Assembly: GCA_016875635.1 (NCBI GenBank)
Contig: VGPD01000006.1
Span: 5,229-69,228 of the forward strand
DNA length: 64,000 nt
Source of the DNA: Chloroflexota bacterium
GTDB taxonomy: Bacteria > Chloroflexota > Dehalococcoidia > UBA2979
Direction: 5' to 3'
Shown here in pieces: positions 29,888 through 38,540 of the stretch. How positions within the stretch are numbered: position 1 is the stretch's first letter; each line of letters begins with the position of its first letter. A program made the position numbers and the translations under genes. The notes below the pieces were generated by a model. That model was not told the origin of the DNA. It made no database searches and was given only the letters and a program-made list of their open reading frames with translations.

Positions 29888-30766
29888 TCAGGGGCGCGCT
29901 GCGCGCGCGAGGTCGGCGACCCAGAGGCTGCGGAAGATGTACCACTGCGACGGGTCCCGACGGACGAACTGTTCCAGTTGCCGGAAGATCGCCTGCGTCA
30001 GGCTGCGCACATCCGCCTCCTGATCTCCGGTCGGCGTAAACGGGACCGGCGCGACGTCCACGGTCACCTTGTCGCCCCACGGCTCGACGCGGGGCAACGT
30101 GGCTGCCATGACCGACGAGCCGGCGCGGAGCGCGATCCGCGCCGGGCCGTCCGGCACGGCGATCCGCTCGCCGAAAAATTCCACCTCCACGCCGTCTGAG
30201 GGTTGCGGAATGTCGATCAGCACCGCGACCACATCGTTGCCACGCAGCGCGCGAAGGATGCCCGGACCCATCCGTTCGGCGGCGATCACTTTCATGCCGA
30301 GATGTGCGCGTGAGTCGACTACCAGACGGTTCACTTGCCCGTTCTCGAAGGTGTCGGCGATGACCGAGATCGGGAACCCCTTCTGTGCGAGGATCGCCGC
30401 GCCCAGGTCCCAGTTTCCGAAGTGCATCGTGATGAACACGATGCCCTTGCCGCGCCGCTCCGCCTGGAGGCCTGGCCACCCGTCCCAAGCCACGCGTCGG
30501 TTGACCTCGTCCGCGTCCGTGCGGAGGAACCGCAAGAAGTCCACGAGATAGACCAGGTAGTTACCAAACGATCGCCGGGCCAGGCGCCGCGCCGCACGCG
30601 CGTCGCCGTCGGTGACACGCAGCATGTTGGCGATGCACCGCCGTCGTCCCCCCGCCCATACCAGGTAGGCGAGCCAGCCGACGCTCCGGGCGATCGCGTA
30701 CGAGACCCGTAGCGGGATGGCGCGGGTGAGCCGCGCGCCGAAGCGGAAGGCCACGTACATCAGCAT
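29888..30766 (-). CDS. LpxL/HtrB/PatA-family lipid acyltransferase (second paralog)
   Basis: An HX4D motif (MHFGNWD) is present. Start placed at MLMYVAFRF. An alternative upstream ATG at 30856 exists. Confidence 0.7.
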   Translation of the reverse strand: MLMYVAFRFGARLTRAIPLRVSYAIARSVGWLAYLVWAGGRRRCIANMLRVTDGDARAARRLARRSFGNYLVYLVDFLRFLRTDADEVNRRVAWDGWPGLQAERRGKGIVFITMHFGNWDLGAAILAQKGFPISVIADTFENGQVNRLVVDSRAHLGMKVIAAERMGPGILRALRGNDVVAVLIDIPQPSDGVEVEFFGERIAVPDGPARIALRAGSSVMAATLPRVEPWGDKVTVDVAPVPFTPTGDQEADVRSLTQAIFRQLEQFVRRDPSQWYIFRSLWVADLARAARP

Positions 30767-30932
30767 GTCTGCATCGTCCGCACGCGGCGTCCTTCCAAGT
30801 CCACGGGGCCTTCTTCCTTCAGCGTACCGGCGTGGGATGGCGCCCGTCTCATGCACCGCGGCGCTGACACGAGACGAGCCCGCCGTGGGGGCGGGCTCGT
30901 TCGGGTGGGGAAGGGGGTCTGGTGAGGGGCGG

Positions 30933-32075
30933 CTACTCGCCGCGGATGAACGCCTCCACGCCGTCGCGGGCGTCTTCGTCCAACATCTGGCGCGGTGGTG
31001 ACTTCATGAAGTATGCCGCCGCCGGGTAGATCGGGCCGCCGATGCCGCGGTCCAGCCCCAGCTTGGCCGCGCGCACGGCGTCGATCACCACACCCGCCGA
31101 GTTCGGCGAGTCCCAGACTTCGAGCTTCAACTCCACGTTCAGCGGCACGTCCCCGAAGGTCGTGCCCTCGATGCGGATGTGGCACCACTTCCGGTCGAGG
31201 AGCCACGGCACGTAGTCCGAGGGGCCGACGTGGACATCAGCGGCCGGGAGTTCGTATGCGATCTGCGATGTGACCGCGGAGGTCTTCGAGATCTTCTTGG
31301 ACTCGAGGCGCTCGCGCTCCAGCATGTTCATGAAGTCGGTGTTGCCGCCGAAGTTCAACTGGTATGTGCGGTCGATGCGCACGCCGCGATCCTGGAACAA
31401 CCGTACGAGGTTCCGGTGGACGATCGTGGCGCCGACCTGCGACTTGATGTCGTCGCCGATGATCGGGAGCCCCTTCTCCTTGAACCGGTCGGCCCAGTAG
31501 GGCTCTCTCGCGATGAAGACCGGGATGCAGTTGATGAAGGCGCAGCCTGCCTGCAGCACCTGTTCCACGTACCACTTCGTCGCCTCTTCCGAGCCGACGG
31601 GGAGGTAGTTGATGACGACGTGCGTGTTCGTCTCTTTCAGGATCTTCACGATGTCCGCGGTCTGGCCCGGCGCCTTCGTGATCACCTGCGAGAGGTACTT
31701 GCCGATGCCGTCGTGCGTCATCCCACGCTGGACGGTGATGCCAGTGGGCGGGACGTCGGTGAACTTCAGGGTGTTGTTCTGGCCGGAGAAGATCGCCTCC
31801 GAGAGGTCCTTGCCCACCTTCTCCACGTCCACGTCGAACGCGGCGGTGAAGTTGATGTCGCGGATGTGGTAACCGCCGAGGACCGGGTGCATGAGCCCCG
31901 GGATTTCATCACCAGATTCCGCGTTCTTGTAGTACTCCACGCCCTGGACCAGGGAGGAGGCGCAGTTTCCGACGCCGATGATGGCGACGTTGATTTTCTC
32001 GCTCACGGTGGTGGCCTTTCGTGCCGGCGCCGGTGGGGTGGCGGTGCGCGGCTTACGGAAGTCAGCGTGCGCCAT
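30933..32075 (-). CDS. ino1: myo-inositol-1-phosphate synthase
   Basis: Carries the NAD-binding [14 protein letters not shown] and the central SKKISKT / LNFGGNTDF region typical of bacterial/archaeal MIPS. Confidence 0.85.
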   Translation of the reverse strand: MAHADFRKPRTATPPAPARKATTVSEKINVAIIGVGNCASSLVQGVEYYKNAESGDEIPGLMHPVLGGYHIRDINFTAAFDVDVEKVGKDLSEAIFSGQNNTLKFTDVPPTGITVQRGMTHDGIGKYLSQVITKAPGQTADIVKILKETNTHVVINYLPVGSEEATKWYVEQVLQAGCAFINCIPVFIAREPYWADRFKEKGLPIIGDDIKSQVGATIVHRNLVRLFQDRGVRIDRTYQLNFGGNTDFMNMLERERLESKKISKTSAVTSQIAYELPAADVHVGPSDYVPWLLDRKWCHIRIEGTTFGDVPLNVELKLEVWDSPNSAGVVIDAVRAAKLGLDRGIGGPIYPAAAYFMKSPPRQMLDEDARDGVEAFIRGE

Positions 32076-32128
32076 GCGTTATCCATCCGTCCAGTCAAAA
32101 GATACGATATGATTCATAAGAGATAGAG

Positions 32129-33019
32129 ATGGAAGAAGATTCGATACTCCCGCTCAATCTTCACCTCCACCACCTCGCCTATCTGCGTGAGGTGGAGCGC
32201 AGTGGCACGTTCACCGCAGCGGCACATCGGCTGCACATCTCCCAGTCCGCACTCTCGCAGGCGCTGGCCGAATTCGAGCGCCGTCTCGGCGTTCCGTTGT
32301 TCGAGCGGGACGGTCGCCGGCGCGCACTGACCGAGGCCGGTCGGGAAGCGGCGCGGTTCGCTTCCGAAGTGCTGGGGCGTGCTACCGAGTTGCGGGCGTG
32401 GGTGGAGGCCCGGCGCGCGGGTGGTTCTGGCTCGCTGGTCATCGGGATGATCGACGCGGCGTCGCTCTATGTGCTGCCGTCAGCCGTGGCCGCTTTCCGG
32501 GCGGGCCACCCCGGCGTGGAACTGCGTGTGGTGGTGGATACGACTGAGGCGCTGCTTGAACGCCTCCAGCGGTTCGAGGTTGACCTTGCGGTCGTCGTCG
32601 GTCCGGTGGCTTCCATGTTTCATACGGTCGAGGTCGCACGGGAGCCATTGAGGCTGTATGGCCCGCCCGGAAAGGCAGCGCCAGAGCCAGATTCTGAGTG
32701 GATCCTGTACCCCGGAGGCTCCCACACGCGCGCTGTCATCGATGCGGCACTCGCTGCACGCCGGATCCTCCCGCGGGTCACGCTGGAGTCCAGCAACCCC
32801 CAGGTACTGCGCCAACTCGTCGCGCTGGGCTTCGGATGGAGTGTGTTGCCCGAACGGGTCGCGGAGGACGGGCCGACGCCGCTGCGGCCATCGGGTGAAG
32901 TGCTGGGGGAACGGACGTTGCTCGGAGTGCGGCGACCGGGTGCCACGCCGGATGCGCGTGCGGAGGCGTTTCTGGCGCTCGCGGTCGTGGCCGGGTCGGC
33001 CGCTCGGGGTGACCTCTAG
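32129..33019 (+). CDS. LysR-family transcriptional regulator (divergent from ino1 operon)
   Basis: An N-terminal HTH (LHISQSALSQALAEFERRLGVPLFER) is followed by a LysR substrate-binding domain. Confidence 0.85.
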   Translation: MEEDSILPLNLHLHHLAYLREVERSGTFTAAAHRLHISQSALSQALAEFERRLGVPLFERDGRRRALTEAGREAARFASEVLGRATELRAWVEARRAGGSGSLVIGMIDAASLYVLPSAVAAFRAGHPGVELRVVVDTTEALLERLQRFEVDLAVVVGPVASMFHTVEVAREPLRLYGPPGKAAPEPDSEWILYPGGSHTRAVIDAALAARRILPRVTLESSNPQVLRQLVALGFGWSVLPERVAEDGPTPLRPSGEVLGERTLLGVRRPGATPDARAEAFLALAVVAGSAARGDL

Positions 33020-33161
33020 ACGGGTGCCTTCACCAGTTTGGACATGCGCGTCCCGCATACCGGACACGGCGCTTGCATGGCTGTTTTCCCATTCTTGAGC
33101 GTGACCTGCTGAGGTCCTTCAAGATCCCGCATCGCGCGGCATTTCAGGCAATATGCCTGCA
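33015..33161 (-). CDS. small zinc-ribbon protein (48 aa, MQAYCLKCRAMRDLEGPQQVTLKNGKTAMQAPCPVCGTRMSKLVKAPV). Not in the supplied ORF track.
   Basis: Strong RBS AAGGAGGTG lies 6 nt upstream of the ATG. Two CxxC pairs (CLKC, CPVC) are present. The ORF sits in the 230-nt gap between lysR and truB. Confidence 0.55.
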
Positions 33162-33250
33162 TCGGGCCCACCTCCTTGTAGTGTTGAGGTTCCGATTGCC
33201 GGTAAGTACGCTTCTCGCCTGCCGCCTGTCAACCGACAGACGGCTGCTGG

Positions 33251-34192
33251 CTACCGGGTGGCGGGGGCTGCCGGTGCGGGTTCCGGGGGGAAGACCCGGT
33301 ACGGATGCCAGGCTCCGAGCACGCTGGAGGGCTCCAGCAGGGCGATCAGGGTGCCATCCGGGGCGTACGCGCGCACCCTTCGGCGACCCTTTAACACGAC
33401 ATAATAATTGGCCACCAGCGAGGCATCGAGCCCCTGGCAGACACGCGCCGTCTGGTGCGCGGTGAGCGTGACGGTTGGCCAGTCCCCGAGGACTGCGTCG
33501 GGTGGGAGAAGGATTGAGGCGCCGTCGCCGGCCTCGAGTCGCGCGACCGCCTCGTCGAGGGGGATGGCGTCGGTGGCCAGAAACGGCCCGACCTGCGTCC
33601 GGCGCAGCCCAGAGAGGTGGGCTCCAGTGTCCAGCAGTGCGCCGAGGTCGTGCGCCAGGGAGCGCACGTAGAAGCCTTTGCCGCACTGGACATCCAGGTG
33701 CAACAGCGGGCGGTCAGGACGTGTGCGGTCAAACGCGAGTACGTCCAGCGCGTACACGACCACCGGACGGGCATCGAGGGTCAGCGGGTCGCCACGGCGG
33801 GCGGCGCGATAGGCAGGGACGCCGGCGCGTTTCACGGCGGAGTACGCGGGCGGGATCTGCATCTGCTCGCCAAGGAACCCCGTCAGGATCTCCCGCACGC
33901 GTGCCTCGTCCAGGTCTGATGCGTCGCGCTCTTCCACGACGTCACCCTCGAGGTCGTAGGTGTCCGTCTCGACACCGAAGAGGATCTCCGCGGTGTACCG
34001 CTTGCGAGCGCTGACAAGTTCGTCCACGAGCCGGGTGGCCTCGCCGATCGCGATTGGCAGCACGCCGGTCGCGTTGGGGTCGAGCGTCCCTGCGTGGCCT
34101 ACTTTTTTCGTCCGCGCGGCACGGCGGATGCGACGGACCACCTCGAACGAGGTGATCCCACGTGGTTTGTCGACGTTGATGAAGCCGCGCAT
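33251..34192 (-). CDS. truB: tRNA pseudouridine(55) synthase
   Basis: GFINVDKPRGITSFEVV and the GHAGTLDP catalytic Asp motif are present. Confidence 0.9.
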   Translation of the reverse strand: MRGFINVDKPRGITSFEVVRRIRRAARTKKVGHAGTLDPNATGVLPIAIGEATRLVDELVSARKRYTAEILFGVETDTYDLEGDVVEERDASDLDEARVREILTGFLGEQMQIPPAYSAVKRAGVPAYRAARRGDPLTLDARPVVVYALDVLAFDRTRPDRPLLHLDVQCGKGFYVRSLAHDLGALLDTGAHLSGLRRTQVGPFLATDAIPLDEAVARLEAGDGASILLPPDAVLGDWPTVTLTAHQTARVCQGLDASLVANYYVVLKGRRRVRAYAPDGTLIALLEPSSVLGAWHPYRVFPPEPAPAAPATR

Positions 34193-34203
34193 GGGGTAAT
34201 CCG

Positions 34204-34653
34204 TTACGGGGTAGGCAGGTCGCGCCCGTCGGCGCGGGCCACATCTCGGAGCAGCGTCGTGATGCGGTCGGCCTCGGCCATCGATTCGTCGCGCGTGAAA
34301 TGGAGCCGCGGCACGCGCCGGATGTGCAGCTGCTTGCCCAGCTCGCGGTGCAGGTACGGTTCGACGCGCTCCAGTGCCTCCATCGCGGCCGTCGCCTGCG
34401 CCTCGTCTCCCAGGATGGAGACGGCGACCTTCGCGTGGGCGAGGTCTGGTGTGACCTCGACACTCACGAAGGAGAGGATCACACCCTGCAGGTCGGGATG
34501 CTTCACGCGGCGGTTCACCAGGTCGGCGATGGCGGCCTGGATGACGTCACCGACCTTCTCGGTGCGACGGGTCAGCGGACCTGCTCCAGGTGATACGTCA
34601 CAATCTCGTCCCCCTCTTCGAAGGAGTCGAAGTTGGAGATGATGATGCCGCAC
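34204..34653 (-). CDS. rbfA: ribosome-binding factor A
   Basis: A KH-like RbfA core (VSVEVTPDLAHAKVAVSILGD, IRRVPRLHF) is present. The start is uncertain: no ATG/GTG exists near the expected N-terminus, and a CTG overlapping the infB stop (CTGA) is possible. Confidence 0.75.
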   Translation of the reverse strand: MRHHHLQLRLLRRGGRDCDVSPGAGPLTRRTEKVGDVIQAAIADLVNRRVKHPDLQGVILSFVSVEVTPDLAHAKVAVSILGDEAQATAAMEALERVEPYLHRELGKQLHIRRVPRLHFTRDESMAEADRITTLLRDVARADGRDLPTP

Positions 34654-36355
34654 TCGAGGCCCGCGGCGACCTCGCGCGCGTCCTCGTTGATGCGCTTGAG
34701 CGACTCGATGGTGCCTTCGTGGACGACCTCGCCCTTCCGGCGCACCCGGCAGCGTGCGCCGCGGACGGCCGAGCCGTCGCGGACGTATGAGCCGGCGATC
34801 GAGTTGCGGCGGCTGACACGGAAGATCTGGCGCACTTCGATGACGGCGTCCAGGCGCTCCTCGAAGATCGGTTCCAGGAGGCCCTGCACGGCCTTCTCCA
34901 CGTCCTGCACGATGTCGTAGATGATCCGGTACTCCCGGACTTCCACCTTCTCAGTGTCAGCCAGCCGGCGCGCGCTGGGCTCCACGCCCGAGTTGAAGGC
35001 GATGACGACCGCCTTCGCAGCGACGGCCAGCTGGACATCTGACTCCGTCACGGAACCCACACCGGCGTGGATCACGCGCACACGCACGTCCGGCAGCGTA
35101 AGGTCTTCCAGCGTGTTGACCAAAGGCTCCACCGATCCATGGACGTCCGCCTTCAACACGAGATTGAAGTCCGTGATCGAGCCCTTCCGGATTTCGCCGA
35201 AGAGCGAGTCCAGCGTGACGGCGGCGCGCTCCCCAAGGCCTGCTTCCTGGCGGCGTCGGCGCTCCTCCACCTCGGCACGGGCGACCTTCTCGTCCTTGCG
35301 GATCTCGAAGCGTTCACCGGAGGCAGGGACCTCGTCCAGGCCCAGCATCTCGACCGGCGTCGACGGACCGGCGGACTTCAGCTTCTCGCCCGCCGCGGAG
35401 GTCATCGCCTTGATCCGGCCGACGGCCATCCCGGCGATCACGGTGTCGCCGACGTTCAGCGTTCCCGTCTGCACCAGCAACGTCGCCACAACGCCGCGGT
35501 GCCGGTCACTCTTCGCCTCCAGCACCAAGCCGCGGGCCGGCTGGTCGGCGCGGGCGGTGAGTTCCTGCAGGTCGGCGACCAGCAGGACGTTCTCCAGCAG
35601 TTCGTCGATCCCTTCGCCCTTCAGCGCGGAGGTTGGGACGACGATCTGGTCGCCACCGTACTCTTCCGGCACCAGCCCGATCTCCATCAACTGCTGCTTC
35701 GCGCGGTCCGGGTTCGCATTTTTGCGTCGATCTTGTTGAGCGCGATGACCAGCGGCACGCCGGCTGCGCGGACGTGGTCGATCGCCTCGCGTGTCTGCTG
35801 CATCACGCCGTCGTCCGCTGCCACGACGACGATCGCGACGTCGGTCACGCGGGCGCCGCGCGCACGCATCTGGGAGAAGGCCTCGTGGCCCGGGGTGTCG
35901 ATGAATGTCAGCACGCGGCCATCCGGGGCCGTGGCCTGGTACGCGCCGATGTGCTGCGTGATCCCGCCCGCCTCCCCGGCGGCGACATTCGCGCGGCGGA
36001 TACGGTCCAGCAGCGTCGTCTTGCCGTGGTCCACGTGGCCCAGGACGGTGATGACCGGGGGGCGTGCCTGCAGCCCTTCGCCCTCGTCGACGATCCGGAG
36101 CGAGGTACTGGCGGCCTCGGCGCCTGCCTCGGCGTCGGGGGTGTTGGACGTCGCCGGCGCCTCCTCCTCGATGGCGAAGCCCATGTCGGTGGCGACGATG
36201 GCCGCCGTGTCGAAATCCACGACCTGGTTGATCGTGGCCATCACGCCGTTCTTCATCAGCTCTTTGATGACGTCGATGGGGGTTACGCCGAGGAGCGCGG
36301 CCAGCTCTGCCACGACGATGGCGTTTGGAAGCCGTACAGCCTGTTGGTTCGTCAT
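34572..36355 (-). CDS. infB: translation initiation factor IF-2, reading frame interrupted by a -1 frameshift at an A5 homopolymer (plus strand T-run 35718..35722)
   Basis: The N-terminal and G domains ([21 protein letters not shown]) lie in ORF 35687..36355. The rest ([11 protein letters not shown]..., C-terminal beta-barrels) lies in the frame of ORF 34572..36425. One extra A in GCAAAAATG would restore the frame. Confidence 0.85.
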
Positions 36356-36693
36356 GCGCGTGCCTCGATATCCTCATCCGCCTCGGGGGCGGTGAATCGT
36401 TCTGCATAGGCGAGGAGCGCCTCACGGTCAGCCTCTACCAGTGTGACCCGCAGCGAGCCTTGCAGCGCGCCGGACATACCCCGCTGCCAGCAGGCGGTCG
36501 ATGGATGGAGGTAGGCCCCTCGCCCGGGCGCTTTCCCGCGCTCGTCCACCTCCACGCGGCCTTCCGCCGTCCGGACCACCCGCACGAACGAGGACTGATC
36601 ATCCTCCCGGCGGCAGGCCACGCACGTGCGCTGCGGGCGAGGCCGCGTCCGGCCCGCTGCCGTCGGACGGTTACTGCTCGTCCTCGTACCCAT
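36352..36693 (-). CDS. ylxR: YlxR/DUF448 family RNA-binding protein
   Basis: Contains RTCVACRR. Positioned between nusA and infB, as is typical. Confidence 0.7.
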   Translation of the reverse strand: MGTRTSSNRPTAAGRTRPRPQRTCVACRREDDQSSFVRVVRTAEGRVEVDERGKAPGRGAYLHPSTACWQRGMSGALQGSLRVTLVEADREALLAYAERFTAPEADEDIEARA

Positions 36694-38296
36694 CCTCGTC
36701 GCCGATCAGGTCGTCGCCATGCAGCGCCGCCTCGATCTCCTCCTCGTCGAACTCGTCGAGCACCCGGCGGCCCCCACCACGAAGCGGCGGCTGCGGGCGT
36801 GTGCTGCGTACCGGGGCCACAGGCCCGCCGCGCCGCCCACGCCGGCCGACGGCGGCACCTCGACGTCGTTCTTCTTCTTCTTCGTCCACCACCAGGTCGC
36901 GGACATCCTCGCCGAAGCGCAGGCCGCCGGGCTGGGCGGGGGTCCGAGGGCGCACGGGAGCGGGGGCGGGGACTTCGGCGGCGGGCGCCACGGTCTCCGG
37001 CTCTTCCTCCACGAACTCCGCCATGACCTCCTGCTCTGGGGTGAGACGGATCTCCTCGGCACGACGTTCAGCCGGGCGGGGAGCCTGGGCGGCACGCTCG
37101 CCGGGCAGGCCCGGACGTGCGTACAGCGCCTGCGAGGGCGCGATCGCCTCCGGCGGTGGCGCGGCGGTCGCCGTGGCGGCGGCGCGCCCCGGGATCGGGA
37201 TCGCCTCCATGTTCGGCTCGGGGGGCGGGTAGAGGTCGTCGCCGGCGGCGATCACCGCCGATTCGCCGCGGATGTCGATGCGGCGTCCGGTCAGCTGCGC
37301 GGCCAGGCGGGCATTCTGCCCCTCCTTGCCGATCGCGAGGCTTAACTGCTTGTCGGGCACTGCGATGTACGCCGTGTTTGTGTCCCGATCGAGGCGGATG
37401 GAAACCACCTCCGCCGGCGACAGCGCGTTGGCGACAAACGCCTCTTCGGACGGGTCCCAGCGGACCACGTCGATCCGTTCGCCGCCGAGCTCGTTCACGA
37501 TGTTCTGGATGCGCGACCCGCGCAGGCCCACACACGCACCAATCGGATCGATGCCGTGCTGACGCGAGATCACCGCGATCTTGGTGCGGTGTCCGCCGTC
37601 GCGGGCGATCCCCATTACTTCGACCACGCCGCGTGCGATCTCCGGCACTTCGAGTTCGAAGAGGCGTTTGACCAGCGCGGGGTTCGAGCGCGAAACCACG
37701 ACCTGCGGGCCCTTGGAGGCCTTGTAGACCTCTTTCACGTAGACGCGCAGCCGCTGTCCAGCGCGATAGTGCTCGGATCGCACCTGTTCGGCGGCAGGCA
37801 GCACGGCCTCGGTCCGGCCCAGGTCGAGGATCACCTGACGCCGGCCGCCTTCGACGCGCAGCACCGTCCCCGAGACCAGTTCGCCCTCTTTACCGGTGAA
37901 GTCCTCAAAGACCGACTCGCGCTCAGCCTCGCGTAACCGCTGGAGCACAACCTGCTTCAGTGTCTGCGCGGCGATGCGACCTGCTGGCGCTGCCGGGATT
38001 TCTTCGCGGATGACCTCGCCCGGGCGCTTCCCGGGGTAGCCCATCTTCGCGGCGCGCTCCGGCGAGACCTGGATCTCGTCGTCCTCGATGTCATCGTCCG
38101 GTGTGACGGTGTGGAGGCGCCAGGCGTCGATGTCGCCGGAATCGCGGTTGATTTTGACCGCGATCTCCGCGTACTGGAGGTCGTCCTTCTTGAGGGCGGA
38201 CGCCATGGCGGCTTCCACTGCCTGGAAGACGGTGTCGGAGTCGAGGTTCTTCTCAGCCGACAGTTGACTGATCGCGAGGACGAATTCGTTTTTCAT
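36671..38296 (-). CDS. nusA: transcription termination/antitermination factor NusA with long low-complexity C-terminal tail
   Basis: The N-terminal domain, S1 and two KH domains are present. A roughly 190-aa Pro/Ala/Glu-rich tail follows, including an EEEEE-encoding (GAA)5 run. The ATG at 38296 is preceded by AGGTGG. Confidence 0.88.
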   Translation of the reverse strand: MKNEFVLAISQLSAEKNLDSDTVFQAVEAAMASALKKDDLQYAEIAVKINRDSGDIDAWRLHTVTPDDDIEDDEIQVSPERAAKMGYPGKRPGEVIREEIPAAPAGRIAAQTLKQVVLQRLREAERESVFEDFTGKEGELVSGTVLRVEGGRRQVILDLGRTEAVLPAAEQVRSEHYRAGQRLRVYVKEVYKASKGPQVVVSRSNPALVKRLFELEVPEIARGVVEVMGIARDGGHRTKIAVISRQHGIDPIGACVGLRGSRIQNIVNELGGERIDVVRWDPSEEAFVANALSPAEVVSIRLDRDTNTAYIAVPDKQLSLAIGKEGQNARLAAQLTGRRIDIRGESAVIAAGDDLYPPPEPNMEAIPIPGRAAATATAAPPPEAIAPSQALYARPGLPGERAAQAPRPAERRAEEIRLTPEQEVMAEFVEEEPETVAPAAEVPAPAPVRPRTPAQPGGLRFGEDVRDLVVDEEEEERRRGAAVGRRGRRGGPVAPVRSTRPQPPLRGGGRRVLDEFDEEEIEAALHGDDLIGDEDGYEDEQ

Positions 38297-38332
38297 GGTC
38301 CACCTGGGGCCAGCCGGGGAATGGAGGCGTTG

Positions 38333-38361
38333 CCAATAAAAAACGTGGGCGAAAGCCCACG
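38333..38361 (-). terminator. intrinsic terminator-like hairpin in nusA leader (minus strand: CGTGGGC-tttc-GCCCACG followed by TTTTTTATT)
   Basis: A perfect 7-bp GC-rich stem is followed by a U-tract, about 35 nt upstream of the nusA start codon. Confidence 0.5.
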
Positions 38362-38540
38362 TCTCTGGATGAGGCGTCGCCCGACCATCCTACCACTCGC
38401 GTTTCCTGAGTCACAAGGCGGACGGCGGCCGTTTAGGGCATTGCCCGGCACAGCCCTCAAGTTCCCGTCCGAGGTGCCGAAGATCGCCTCGGTGGAATGG
38501 TGAGCACTCGCCATCCGAGATTCGGGCGACAGGGAGCACG

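Noticed and set aside
34572-34653. rbfA N-terminal 26-aa extension overlapping infB
   Set aside because: Probably not translated. The true start is likely the non-canonical CTG at the infB stop. This cannot be resolved from sequence alone.
36871-36890. (TTC)5 microsatellite as independent feature
   Set aside because: It lies inside the nusA C-terminal tail coding region (EEEEE) and is noted there instead.
38300-38540. Possible SRP RNA, 6S RNA, tmRNA or RNase P RNA in the nusA upstream gap
   Set aside because: No GGAAGCAGCC-type SRP domain IV, no tRNA-like tmRNA end, no RNase P conserved motifs. Kept only as a terminator/leader observation.
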